This document shows positions 1-9,000 of a stretch of 64,000 bases of DNA, one piece after another (the stretch's first letter is position 1; each line of letters begins with the position of its first letter). The DNA is taken from the NCBI GenBank assembly GCA_965261735.1, contig OZ253470.1, positions 3,072,001 to 3,136,000 on the forward strand, given 5' to 3'. A model generated the notes under the pieces. It ran no database searches, was not told the DNA's origin, and was given only the letters and a program-made list of their open reading frames with translations. The position numbers and the translations under genes are program-made. The stretch comes from Alphaproteobacteria bacterium (GTDB taxonomy: Bacteria > Pseudomonadota > Alphaproteobacteria > SHVV01).

Positions 1-218
1 GGATCCGAGTTGTCGCCGCCGGCAGGAACGCCGGCCTCGCCGATGCCTTCGAGCTCGCGCTGGGCGGCGAGGTTGAGGGCCGCGAGCTCGATGCCCGCAC
101 CGTCCAGGCCCACCTGACGGCCCACCTCGCGATCGACCTCGGCGGCGAGGTCGGCCTCGTCGCGGCCGAGGCCGGGCAAGTCGCCATCGAGGCGCGCGTG
201 CCCGCGGTGGCGCCGTAA
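1..218 (+). CDS. chpT: Histidine phosphotransferase ChpT-like, 3' end only (runs off window start)
   Basis: Frame 3 reads IRVVAAGRNAGLADAFELALGG...LDARTVQAHLT...VAP*, resembling the ChpT C-terminus; lies directly upstream of cheA, the usual alphaproteobacterial arrangement. Confidence 0.6.
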   Translation, partial: IRVVAAGRNAGLADAFELALGGEVEGRELDARTVQAHLTAHLAIDLGGEVGLVAAEAGQVAIEARVPAVAP

Positions 219-253
219 GCACATGGCGATTAAAGCGAAATTGTAAGTATTAC

Positions 254-268
254 TTTACGCGTTCTTAA
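254..268 (+). promoter_or_regulatory. Putative CtrA binding site upstream of cheA
   Basis: TTTA-CGCGTTC-TTAA, one mismatch to TTAA-N7-TTAA, in an AT-rich intergenic patch. Confidence 0.45.
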
Positions 269-368
269 ACTGTTTCCGCCATTTTCTTGGCCGAAGCGGT
301 GGGCGGCGCCGCGAGCCGTAAAAGCCACCGCAAACCCGGGCCTGGCTCGCAGCAAGAAGGTGGCGATC

Positions 369-3110
369 GTGGACGAACTTCTTACCGAATTCCTGACCGA
401 AACCAACGAGAGTATCGACGTGCTCGACGTGGAGTTGGTCAGGCTCGAGCAGGACCCCAACAGCCCGAAGCTGCTGGACAACATTTTTCGGCTCGTTCAC
501 ACGATCAAGGGAACTTGCGGCTTTCTCGGCCTGCCACGGCTGGAGCGCGTCGCCCACGCCTCCGAGAACGTCCTCGGCAAGGTCCGCGACAATGAGATCG
601 AGGTAACACCCGAGGCGGTGACCCTGATTCTAAAGGCCATCGACCGCATCAAGGAAATCATCGCGTTTCTCGAGGCGAGCCAAGCCGAGCCGGAGGGCGA
701 TGATTCGGATATCACGGAACGGCTCAATGCCTTCGCGGAAGCTGGAGCTCCGCCGGCCCCCGAAGCCGCCGCGCCGGACTTCGACGACGCCCCCGAGGCG
801 CCCGTCGCTGCTGCGGCCGACGTCGCGACGACCGCGGCCGACGACGAGCCCGATGCCGCCGGCACGAGCGTTCGCGAGGACGAGCTGGAGGCAGCCTTTC
901 GTACCGCCGAGGGGCCGGTCAATCGGGCCGTGGCCCGCGCCGAGCGCGACGGCGGCGCGAGGCCCGAGCAGGAGCCTGCCGAGTCGCCGTCAAACGCGGC
1001 GGCGGCGCCGGCGCCGGCCAGCTCCGGCAAGCCCGAGCCCGGCGAGTCCTCGGTCGCCAACCAGTCAATCCGTGTCAGCGTCGACCTGCTCGAAAACCTG
1101 ATGACGATGGTCAGCGAGCTGGTGCTCACGCGCAACCAGCTGCTGCAAATGGTTCGGGGCCTCAACGACAACGACTTCGCGGTGCCGCTCCAGCGCCTCA
1201 GCCATGTCACGACCGATCTGCAGGAAGGCGTCATGAAGACGCGCATGCAGCCGATCGGGAACGCGTGGGCCAAGCTGCCCCGCATTATTCGTGACCTCGC
1301 CGTGGAGCTCGGCAAGAAGATCGACCTCGACATGCGCGGCGCCGACACCGAGCTCGATCGTCAGGTCCTCGAGATGATCAAGGACCCGCTCACCCACATG
1401 GTGCGCAACGCCGCCGATCACGGCCTCGAAGACCCGAATACCCGCCTGCAGCTGGGGAAGCCGGAGACCGGCCGCATCACGTTGAAGGCCTTTCACGAAG
1501 GCGGCCACATCATTATCGAGATCGGTGACGATGGGCGCGGCCTGGCCGTCGACGCGATCAGCAAGAAGGTGATCGCCAACGGCCTCGCGACCGAGGCCGA
1601 AGTCCAGGGCATGACGGACCAGCAGATATTGCAGTTCATCTTCCGGGCGGGTTTTTCCACCGCGGCCCAGGTCACGAGCGTGTCGGGCCGCGGCGTCGGC
1701 ATGGACGTCGTCAGGACCAACATCGAGCGTATCGGCGGCACGGTCGAGCTCAAGTCGAAGGAGGGCAAGGGCACCTCGTTCACGATCAAGATCCCGTTGA
1801 CGCTGGCGATCGTCTCGGCGCTCATCGTCGCCTGCGGCGGCGAGCGCTTCGCGATACCACAGCTCAGTGTCGTCGAGCTCGTCGGCGTGTCGACCGACGG
1901 CGACCACCGCATCGAGACGATCAACGAGACGCCCGTGTTCCGGCTGCGCGAGCGACTGCTGCCGTTGGTTTACCTGCGTCAGGTGCTGAACATGCCGGTC
2001 GAGGCGTCCGCGGGCAGCGAAGCGTCGGCAGAGGCCTTTATCGTCGTCAGCCAAGTCGGCGCTCACACGTTCGGCATCGTCGTCGACCGCGTCTTCGACA
2101 CCGAGGAGATCGTGGTCAAACCGGCGGCACCGCTGCTGCGCCACCTCAACATCTATTCCGGTAACACCATTCTCGGCGACGGCAGCGTCATCATGATCCT
2201 CGACCCCAACGGGATCGCCGCATCCGTCGGCGAAGCCAGCGTCTCCGAAACCGACGCGGCGGCGGAAGTCGCCAAGCGCAGCGACGTTGGGGACGACAAG
2301 GTGGCGCTCCTGCTCTTCCGCGCCGGCGGCGAGGAGCCCAAGGCAGTGCCGCTCGCCCTGATCGCGCGCCTCGAGGAGATCCCGGTGAGCGACATCGAGG
2401 TCGCGAACGGCTCCATCGTCGTGCAATACCGCGGCCGGCTGATGCCCCTGATCAAGCTCGAGGAGGGGTGTGCGCTCAAGGAGAACGGACGCCAGCCGGT
2501 TCTCGTGTTCGCCGACCACGGCCGCTCGATGGGGTTGCTCGTGGACGAGATCACCGACATCGTCGAGGAGCACCTCGAGGTCGAGCTCTCGGCGAAGCGC
2601 GACGGTCTCATCGGCACCGCCGTCCTCAACGGCGAGGCGACGGCGATCATCGACACCACCCGCTATCTGACCACGGCCTTCGAGGACTGGTTCCAGAGCG
2701 GCGGCGCGAGCAACGGCGGCACAGCTACGGGCAAGCGCGTCCTGCTGGTCGATGACAGCACCTTCTTCCTCAACCTGATCGCGCCGGTGCTGACCACGGC
2801 CGGGTACGACGTCAAGACCGCTTACGACGCGGACACGGCCCTGGAGCTGCGCGACGGAGGCGAGGATTTCGACGTCATCGTCAGCGACATCGAGATGCCC
2901 GGCATGGACGGGTTCGAGTTCGCCGAAACGATCAAGAAGGGACCCCGGTGGCAGAACACGCCCATCGTGGCGCTTTCCTCCCGCTCCGAGGTGGCGCACC
3001 TCGACCGCGGGCGCGAGGCCGGTTTCATCGATTACATAGCGAAATTTGATCGCGACGCCCTGTTGGCCGCGCTCTCGCAGACATTGTCGATAAATGGGGA
3101 CGCAGCATGA
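369..3110 (+). CDS. cheA: Chemotaxis histidine kinase CheA, hybrid (Hpt, dimerisation, HATPase, two CheW domains, C-terminal REC)
   Basis: FRLVHTIKG Hpt motif, HMVRNAADHG, DDGRG, SGRGVGMDVV, C-terminal LLVDDS...SDIEMPGMDG; start GTG 369 (360 also possible). Confidence 0.95.
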   Translation: MDELLTEFLTETNESIDVLDVELVRLEQDPNSPKLLDNIFRLVHTIKGTCGFLGLPRLERVAHASENVLGKVRDNEIEVTPEAVTLILKAIDRIKEIIAFLEASQAEPEGDDSDITERLNAFAEAGAPPAPEAAAPDFDDAPEAPVAAAADVATTAADDEPDAAGTSVREDELEAAFRTAEGPVNRAVARAERDGGARPEQEPAESPSNAAAAPAPASSGKPEPGESSVANQSIRVSVDLLENLMTMVSELVLTRNQLLQMVRGLNDNDFAVPLQRLSHVTTDLQEGVMKTRMQPIGNAWAKLPRIIRDLAVELGKKIDLDMRGADTELDRQVLEMIKDPLTHMVRNAADHGLEDPNTRLQLGKPETGRITLKAFHEGGHIIIEIGDDGRGLAVDAISKKVIANGLATEAEVQGMTDQQILQFIFRAGFSTAAQVTSVSGRGVGMDVVRTNIERIGGTVELKSKEGKGTSFTIKIPLTLAIVSALIVACGGERFAIPQLSVVELVGVSTDGDHRIETINETPVFRLRERLLPLVYLRQVLNMPVEASAGSEASAEAFIVVSQVGAHTFGIVVDRVFDTEEIVVKPAAPLLRHLNIYSGNTILGDGSVIMILDPNGIAASVGEASVSETDAAAEVAKRSDVGDDKVALLLFRAGGEEPKAVPLALIARLEEIPVSDIEVANGSIVVQYRGRLMPLIKLEEGCALKENGRQPVLVFADHGRSMGLLVDEITDIVEEHLEVELSAKRDGLIGTAVLNGEATAIIDTTRYLTTAFEDWFQSGGASNGGTATGKRVLLVDDSTFFLNLIAPVLTTAGYDVKTAYDADTALELRDGGEDFDVIVSDIEMPGMDGFEFAETIKKGPRWQNTPIVALSSRSEVAHLDRGREAGFIDYIAKFDRDALLAALSQTLSINGDAA

Positions 3111-3445
3111 CTGAAATGGCGACGAAGGCGGCCGAGAAGGCCAATGGCGCCGCACGCCCCGACGGCGACGGCGAGCAGTACATCACGATGACGATCGCCG
3201 AGCAGCTGTTCGGTATTCCGGTGCTGGTCGTACACGATGTCCTCGCCCCGCAGAGCACCACGCCAATACCCCTGGCCCCGCCGCAGGTTGCCGGCGCCCT
3301 CGGCTGGCAGCCCCGGGTAGGGATCGTCGAGGGCGTGCGCACGATGCTCGACAACATCGACTATTGGCGCGACGCCCCGGTGTGGACGCCGGAAAACATC
3401 GAAGCCGCGACCAGGGACTGGTTTACCTACCTCGCCAGCGACTGA
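3107..3445 (+). pseudogene. cheW: Truncated cheW fused in frame to the C-terminal tail of an NAD-dependent epimerase/dehydratase
   Basis: CheW-like to PIPLAPPQVAGAL (about 3301), where NLRG is expected; continues GWQPRVGIVEGVRTMLDNIDYWRDAPVWTP, an extended-SDR epimerase-type tail. Confidence 0.75.
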
Positions 3446-3614
3446 GAGGCGCCTAGGATCGCACGCCTCAGTCCTCATCCGCGATCGGCGGCACGTCGAT
3501 ATCCGCCGGCGCCTTGCCGGTCGCGCACCTCTCCCCCATGAACTCAAAGCCGCGCTCGATGTGGTGAAATTCGTTTCTGTCTGGGCCATGGCGGGTAGGG
3601 CCCTCATTAGCAGG

Positions 3615-3686
3615 GGCGTGGTTAAGGGCGCGTACAGAGGCGTGGTTAAGGGCGCGTACAGAGGCGTGGTTAAGGACGCGTTGAGG
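3615..3686. repeat. 24-bp tandem repeat, two exact copies plus a diverged third
   Basis: GGCGTGGTTAAGGGCGCGTACAGA at 3615-3638 and 3639-3662, then GGCGTGGTTAAGGACGCGTTGAGG. Confidence 0.95.
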
Positions 3687-3782
3687 CCATGGCGGGGGCG
3701 CCGAGAATCGGTTTGCCCTGATGTCGGTGTGGCCTATAGTGCCGCGCGATTCGCCACGACTGACCCCAGGGAGCAGGCGGGC

Positions 3783-4925
3783 ATGACCCTGGATCGGGGT
3801 GCAAGCCGCATCGTAGTCGCCATGTCGGGGGGCGTCGATTCGTCCGTCGTCGCCGCGCTGCTCAAGGAGCGCGGGCACGAGGTCATTGGCGTCACCCTGC
3901 AGCTCTACGATCACGGTGCGGCGACGCGCGCGAGCCGGACATGCTGCGCCGGCCAGGACATCCACGACGCCCGGCGTGTCGCCGAGGCATTGGACATTCC
4001 GCACTACGTGCTCAACTACGAGCGCAGGTTCGCGGACTCCGTCATCGCCCCCTTCGCCGACAGCTATCGCCGCGGCGAGACGCCGATCCCGTGCGCGATG
4101 TGCAATCAGACGGTGAAGTTCCGCGACCTGATGAAGACGGCACGCGATCTCGGTGCCGACGCCATGGCGACCGGCCACTACGTGCGCCGCGCCGATGGGC
4201 CGGGCGAGCCCCGGCTGTTGCGGGCCATCGCTGAGGGCCGCGATCAGAGCTATTTTCTGTTCACGACGACGCCGGCGCAGCTCGCGTTCCTGCGCTTCCC
4301 GCTCGGCGCCATGGACAAGAATGAGACCCGCGCGCTGGCGCGGCGCTATGCCTTGCCCGTGGCCGAGAAGCCGGATAGCCAGGACATCTGCTTCGTGCCC
4401 GACCGCGACTATGCCGGCGCCATCGAGCGCCTGCGCCCGGGCGCCGCCGAGCCCGGCGATATCGTCGACACCGAGGGCTACGTGCGCGGCCGCCACGAGG
4501 GCGTCGTCCACTTCACGGTCGGCCAGCGCCGCGGGCTCGGCATCGGCGGCGGCGGCGCGCCGCTCTACGTCGTCGCGATCGATGCTGTTCGCCGCCGCGT
4601 CGTGGTCGGACCCAAGGCGGCCCTCGGGCGGACGCTCGTCAGGTTACGCGAGGTCAACTGGCTCGCGGCGGACGGACGGGAAGCCGCCGAAGCGGGCGGC
4701 GTGTCGGCTAGCGTCAAGCTGCGCTCGCGCGATGAAGGCCGCGCGGCCACCATCCGTATCAAGCAGGATGGCGCCTGCGAGGTCGAGCTGGCCGCGCCGG
4801 CCGAGGGCGTGGCGCCCGGTCAGGCTTGCGTCTTTTACGATGGCGAACGGCTCCTCGGCGGCGGCTGGATCGCGGCCGCGAACGCGCCGCGCCAGGACCT
4901 GCGCGCCGCCGGCTACGCCGCTTGA
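3783..4925 (+). CDS. mnmA: tRNA 2-thiouridine(34) synthase MnmA
   Basis: VAMSGGVDSSV PP-loop, TPIPCAMCN, ATGHY, DQSYFL, DSQDICF, TVGQRRGLG, PGQACVFY; ATG 3783 after a GGAG. Confidence 0.97.
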   Translation: MTLDRGASRIVVAMSGGVDSSVVAALLKERGHEVIGVTLQLYDHGAATRASRTCCAGQDIHDARRVAEALDIPHYVLNYERRFADSVIAPFADSYRRGETPIPCAMCNQTVKFRDLMKTARDLGADAMATGHYVRRADGPGEPRLLRAIAEGRDQSYFLFTTTPAQLAFLRFPLGAMDKNETRALARRYALPVAEKPDSQDICFVPDRDYAGAIERLRPGAAEPGDIVDTEGYVRGRHEGVVHFTVGQRRGLGIGGGGAPLYVVAIDAVRRRVVVGPKAALGRTLVRLREVNWLAADGREAAEAGGVSASVKLRSRDEGRAATIRIKQDGACEVELAAPAEGVAPGQACVFYDGERLLGGGWIAAANAPRQDLRAAGYAA

Positions 4926-4950
4926 CAGTCCCATTGGCCCGACCTATACG
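4922..4950 (+). promoter_or_regulatory. Sigma70-type promoter of tRNA-Met
   Basis: TTGACA, 17-bp spacer, TATACG, ending 17 bp before the tRNA. Confidence 0.7.
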
Positions 4951-4967
4951 CGCGCAAGCCACCGTGG

Positions 4968-5044
4968 GGCGGAGTAGCTCAGCTGGTTAGAGCAGCGGAA
5001 TCATAATCCGCGTGTCGGGGGTTCGAGTCCCTCCTCCGCTACCA
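4968..5044 (+). tRNA. tRNA-Met(CAT), probably elongator
   Basis: 77-nt cloverleaf GGCGGAG...CTCCGCT-ACCA; anticodon arm GCGGA-ATCATAA-TCCGC; GTTCGAGTC T-loop. Confidence 0.95.
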
Positions 5045-5049
5045 GCATA

Positions 5050-5085
5050 AGTCCCTGATATCCTTTGGATATCGGGGCTCTTTCT
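5050..5085 (+). terminator. Putative rho-independent terminator after tRNA-Met
   Basis: AGTCCCTGATATCC-TTT-GGATATCGGGGCT hairpin followed by CTTTCT. Confidence 0.6.
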
Positions 5086-5354
5086 GTAATGCGTTAGGCA
5101 GGCCTTTTTGGAACTGCGTGTACTCTGCGTCGAACAATCTCCGCGAGCGAGCGGAGCGCCGTGACGTCCACGCCGGCCTTATGGTAGTGTGGGCCGCGAT
5201 CTCGGTATCCGGCCGGCCGTCGACCTCGCGACGCATCTGGTTCCGCAGCCTGCACGCCGTCTGATGATCGCGCACAGGATGAGCGACCAGCGACTCCTCG
5301 ATCAGGACGATGACGACGGCTGGTTAGCCTAGCGCCGGCGCGGGGCCCTGGCAG

Positions 5355-5750
5355 ATGTATCATCACGTCGTTTTGTTTCGCTATGAGCGGGATGTCGGCG
5401 AAGACGTCCACCGTCGCATCCACGACTACGCCGTGCGCATTCGCTCGAGCCTCGGCGGAATCGTCAACTACGCTTATTGCCGCAATCTCAATAGCAAATC
5501 AGCGGACTATCCCTACGCTATTATTGCCGCATTTGAATCCGTCGAGGCATTTGCTGCCTACGCCGAAGCCCCACTGCATCAACAGTTGGTCGATTTTTCG
5601 ATGCAATACATCAGCGCTATCGTAATTCACGACTTCGAATCGGCCGCGGTACCGGTTGGTAGCGAGGAAGGCGACGAAACCTGGCGAGCTACCCGCAACC
5701 GCCTCAAAGCGCTGATGTCGACTGAGTCGTATGAAAGTTACTACCAATAA
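5355..5750 (+). CDS. Dabb family (stress-responsive A/B barrel) protein
   Basis: N-terminal HHVVLFRY and F-S-EAFAAY-EAPLHQQL pattern; more AT-rich than neighbours. Confidence 0.75.
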   Translation: MYHHVVLFRYERDVGEDVHRRIHDYAVRIRSSLGGIVNYAYCRNLNSKSADYPYAIIAAFESVEAFAAYAEAPLHQQLVDFSMQYISAIVIHDFESAAVPVGSEEGDETWRATRNRLKALMSTESYESYYQ

Positions 5751-6144
5751 GTTTGCTCGGCCACGGCCGCTCCGCTTCCTCGCTCCCTTCCTGATCCCGG
5801 CCGGCCTTTCGCTCCACCTAACCGCCCTGACCGCCATCGGGTCGCGCTAGCTGTAATAGGGCTAGCGCTGCCACGCCGCCTGAACGCTTCGGCTGTGCCG
5901 GCCTCCGCGAAGTAGAACCGGGCCAGGTGGCTTGGCGGCAATGCCGGTGATGCGCCCCGTCACCGGGCTCCAAGCTCTCCCCACACCAGTCGAGCATGGC
6001 GCCGAGACGACGACTCAGACCGTGTCGCAGCGTAGACTTTCGCGGAACGTGCCATCGTGGGTACACGGGCCCACCACGACTTAACGTCCTGAAATCTGGT
6101 CAGTTTTCACCAAAATGGACGTTGATGGAAACAGACCAGCGTGT

Positions 6145-6181
6145 AATCATAATCCGCGTGTCGGGGGTTCGCGTCCCTCCT
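6145..6181 (+). repeat. Direct repeat of the tRNA-Met 3' half (attR-like)
   Basis: AATCATAATCCGCGTGTCGGGGGTTCGCGTCCCTCCT matches 4999-5035 at 36 of 37 nt. Confidence 0.92.
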
Positions 6182-6266
6182 ACCGACAATATCAAGGCTT
6201 AACTTCATACGGTCGGGCGCTTCGCCGTTTTGGCGCGGGCGGGGCCGAGACTTGGAGGGGGCGGCG

Positions 6267-7064
6267 ATGACCGGACGGCTCGAGGGCAAGGTAGCGATTG
6301 TCACCGGTGCGGGATCGATCGGCGAGGGGTGGGGCAACGGCAAGGCGGCGGCGGTGCTGTTCGCGCGCGAGGGCGCCAAGGTTTTTCTCGTCGACATCGA
6401 CCCCGAGGCGCTGGCGGCGACGGCGGACATCATTGCGGGCGAGGGCTTGGGCTGCGCGAGCGGCACGGCCGACGTGTCCGAGGAGGGCGCGGTCGCTGGC
6501 CTGGTCGAGTCCTGCATGGCCGAGTTCGGGCGCGTCGACGTACTCCACAACAATGTCGGCATCTACACCTATGGCGGGCCCGTGGACGTCCCGACCGAGC
6601 GCTGGGACCGGATCATGGCGGTGAACGTGCGCAGCATGTTCCTGACCGCGAAGTACGCGCTGCCGATCATGGAGGCGCAGGGCGCGGGCGCCATCGTCAA
6701 CGTCTCCTCGGTCGCCGGCATCCGGGCCGGGCGTCCCGCCGTCGCCTACGGCGCCTCCAAGGGCGCGGTCAATCAGCTCACGCAGTACATCGCGGTCGAG
6801 TACGCCGCCAAGGGCATCCGCGCCAACGCCGTGCTGCCGGGGCTCATCAATACGCCGATGATCGTGCACGGCATGGACGGCGCGATCGAAGCGGCCGGCG
6901 GGACCGACGCCTGGATCCGCGCGCGCGATGCGCGCTCGCCGACCAAGAAGATGGGGGACGCCTGGGATATCGCCCATGCCGCGCTCTTCCTTGCATCCGA
7001 CGAGGCCAAGTACGTCAACGGCCACTGCCTGGTGGTCGACGGCGGCCTTTCGGCAACCTACTGA
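6267..7064 (+). CDS. SDR family NAD(P)-dependent oxidoreductase
   Basis: VAIVTGAGS..G.G.G, NNVG, YGASK catalytic motif, VDGG; RBS GGAGG before ATG 6267. Confidence 0.93.
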   Translation: MTGRLEGKVAIVTGAGSIGEGWGNGKAAAVLFAREGAKVFLVDIDPEALAATADIIAGEGLGCASGTADVSEEGAVAGLVESCMAEFGRVDVLHNNVGIYTYGGPVDVPTERWDRIMAVNVRSMFLTAKYALPIMEAQGAGAIVNVSSVAGIRAGRPAVAYGASKGAVNQLTQYIAVEYAAKGIRANAVLPGLINTPMIVHGMDGAIEAAGGTDAWIRARDARSPTKKMGDAWDIAHAALFLASDEAKYVNGHCLVVDGGLSATY

Positions 7065-7090
7065 CACGGCGCACGCACCGGGCAACCCAA

Positions 7091-8251
7091 ATGCGCATTG
7101 TCGACGTTCGCGAGCGCACCGTGCCCTTGCTGGCCGACCCGCCGCCAACCGGCGCCGGCGAGGTCACCGCGAGCGCGGTCGCCGTCCTCACCGACGTCGT
7201 GCGCGATGGCCGTCCTCTCGTCGGGTTCGGGTTCGATGGCGTCGGCCGTTTCGCCCACGGATCGCTCCTGATGGAGCGCCTGCGGCCGCGGCTGCTGGCC
7301 GCCGACCCAGCCTCGCTGATGGCGGCGGAGGGCACGAACCTCGACCCGGCGGCTGTGTGGGCCGTGGTCATGCGGGGCGAGAAGGGCGGGGCGCACGGCG
7401 AGCGCGCCGGTGCGGTCGGCCTGCTCGATACGGCGATCTGGGACCTCGTCGCCAAGATCGAGGACAAGCCCCTGTGGCGCGTCCTCGCCGAGAGATCCGG
7501 CCGGGCGCCCGAGTGCGCGCGCGTGTTCACCTATGCATCGCTCGGCAACTACGCCCCCGATGCCGGCCCCCGAGAGATAGGGGAGGCGGTGCAACGCGCC
7601 GTCGACGCCGGCTACACGCACGTCAAGATCAAGGCCGGCAGCGTCCCCCTGGCCGATGACCTGCGCCGGATCGAGGCCGCGCTTGCGCTCGTGCCTACGC
7701 GCGGCCGGGTCGCGGTCGACGCCAACGCGGGCTTCGATGCGCCGGCCGCGGAGGCCTTTCTCGACGCCGTCGCGCCCTACGGGCTGGCGTGGGTGGAGGA
7801 GCCCATCGATCCGCTCGACTTCGATCTTCAGGCGCGCCTCGTCGAGCGCTACGACGGCGCCATGGCCACGGGCGAGAGCCTACATTCGCTTGCCGATGCG
7901 ACGAACCTCGTCCGCTATGCCGGGCTGCGCCCTGAAGTGGACATCCTGCAGTTCGATATCGCGTTGAGCTACGGGCTGGTCGAGTACTTTCGCATTCTCG
8001 ACATGCTGGAGGACCACGGCTGGTCGCGGTCGCGGTGCCTACCCCACGCGGGGCACATGATGGCGCTTCATGCGGCGGGCGGGCTCGGCCTCCGCGGTCA
8101 CGAATCGGGCCTGCCGGGGCCGACCCTGTTCAGCGGTCTGCCCGAAGGCTGCCGGGTCGAGGACGGCTTCATCAACCTGCCCGAGGTGCCGGGCCTCGGC
8201 TTCGAGCTCAAGCCCAGGCTCCACGCGATCGCGCGCGAGCTAGCCGGCTGA
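7091..8251 (+). CDS. Mandelate racemase/enolase superfamily protein, D-tartrate dehydratase (TarD)-like
   Basis: MRIVDVRE start, EKGGAHGER, KIK, VDAN, WVEEP, TGE, LQFDIALSYGL, RCLPHAGH. Confidence 0.85.
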   Translation: MRIVDVRERTVPLLADPPPTGAGEVTASAVAVLTDVVRDGRPLVGFGFDGVGRFAHGSLLMERLRPRLLAADPASLMAAEGTNLDPAAVWAVVMRGEKGGAHGERAGAVGLLDTAIWDLVAKIEDKPLWRVLAERSGRAPECARVFTYASLGNYAPDAGPREIGEAVQRAVDAGYTHVKIKAGSVPLADDLRRIEAALALVPTRGRVAVDANAGFDAPAAEAFLDAVAPYGLAWVEEPIDPLDFDLQARLVERYDGAMATGESLHSLADATNLVRYAGLRPEVDILQFDIALSYGLVEYFRILDMLEDHGWSRSRCLPHAGHMMALHAAGGLGLRGHESGLPGPTLFSGLPEGCRVEDGFINLPEVPGLGFELKPRLHAIARELAG

Positions 8252-8271
8252 GGAGGTGCACACAGGGGCCC

Positions 8272-8709
8272 TCAGCGTAGCACGATCTTGGCTGTGGGGC
8301 GCACTGCGGCTCCCTCGACCTGCGAGCGTACCGCGGTGAGGTAGGTGAGCTGCGCCTGGATGTTGCCCATTCGCATGATGCGCCGGCGCTTGGCGACGAC
8401 GCCGATGATGCCCTGGCCGACCCCGACCTCGGCGCCGATTCCGGCATCTTCGTAGCCGCGGCTCGCCGCAAGCACCAGCTTCTCCCCGGCCACGTCGGCG
8501 AGCAGAATCATGCCGTGCTTGAAGCCCGGGGCCGCATCCATGGCCTTGAGCGTGATCTCGAGAATGGCGCCGAGATCGAGGGTCGCGTTGATCTCCGAGG
8601 AGACCTGCTGGATGATCCTGATCTCTTCGGTCTTGCGCGCGAGCTGGTCGCCCACGGCAGCTAGGTCGTCGGGCGTGCCGGAGGTCACGCGCTCGCCGTG
8701 GGCCGACAT
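8272..8709 (-). pseudogene. GAF-domain protein, probably C-terminally truncated (no output domain)
   Basis: QQVSSEINATLDL...ASRGYEDAGIGAEVGVGQGIIGVVA; ORF stops before a complete GAF fold. Confidence 0.6.
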
Positions 8710-8745
8710 CAGAGCGGCTCGCAGCAGACCGGCGTGGCCTCGCGC

Positions 8746-9000
8746 TTAGCTCTCCGCACGGGCCTTGAGCCGGGTGACTGCGTGCGCCTGGTAGATGTCG
8801 GCGGCGCGCAGCTTGAAGACATCGATCATGCCGGTCATCGAGGCGATGGCTTCAAGTTTCATGTCCATTTCGTCAAACACCGGACCGTCGGTCTCCGAGC
8901 GATCGTATTGCAAATCGAGCGCCCAATGGTCGTTCGTCTCCGGGTGGCTGACGACGGCCGACACATAGGGATTCTCGCGCACGTTGCGAATGGTCTTGCT
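8746..9000 (-). pseudogene. Pyridoxamine 5'-phosphate oxidase-like FMN split barrel, N-terminus deleted
   Basis: SKTIRNVRENP...RSETDGPVFDEMDMKLEAIASMTGMIDVFKLRAADIY; begins abruptly, joined to the end of the upstream gene. Confidence 0.65.

Noticed and set aside
1065-3155. Long antisense ORFs such as this 696-aa one, also 43725-44963 and 52507-53931
   Set aside because: Shadows of real high-GC genes on the opposite strand with no recognisable motifs
3615-3686. 24-bp repeats as a CRISPR array
   Set aside because: Units are head to tail with no unique spacers, and no cas genes are present
3561-3782. N-terminal extension of MnmA in the ORF track
   Set aside because: It only translates the tandem repeat; MnmA homology and an RBS point to ATG 3783
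6230-7090. 673-aa ORF as an SDR-enolase fusion
   Set aside because: The first part is an off-frame shadow of the SDR gene; the enolase starts at ATG 7091
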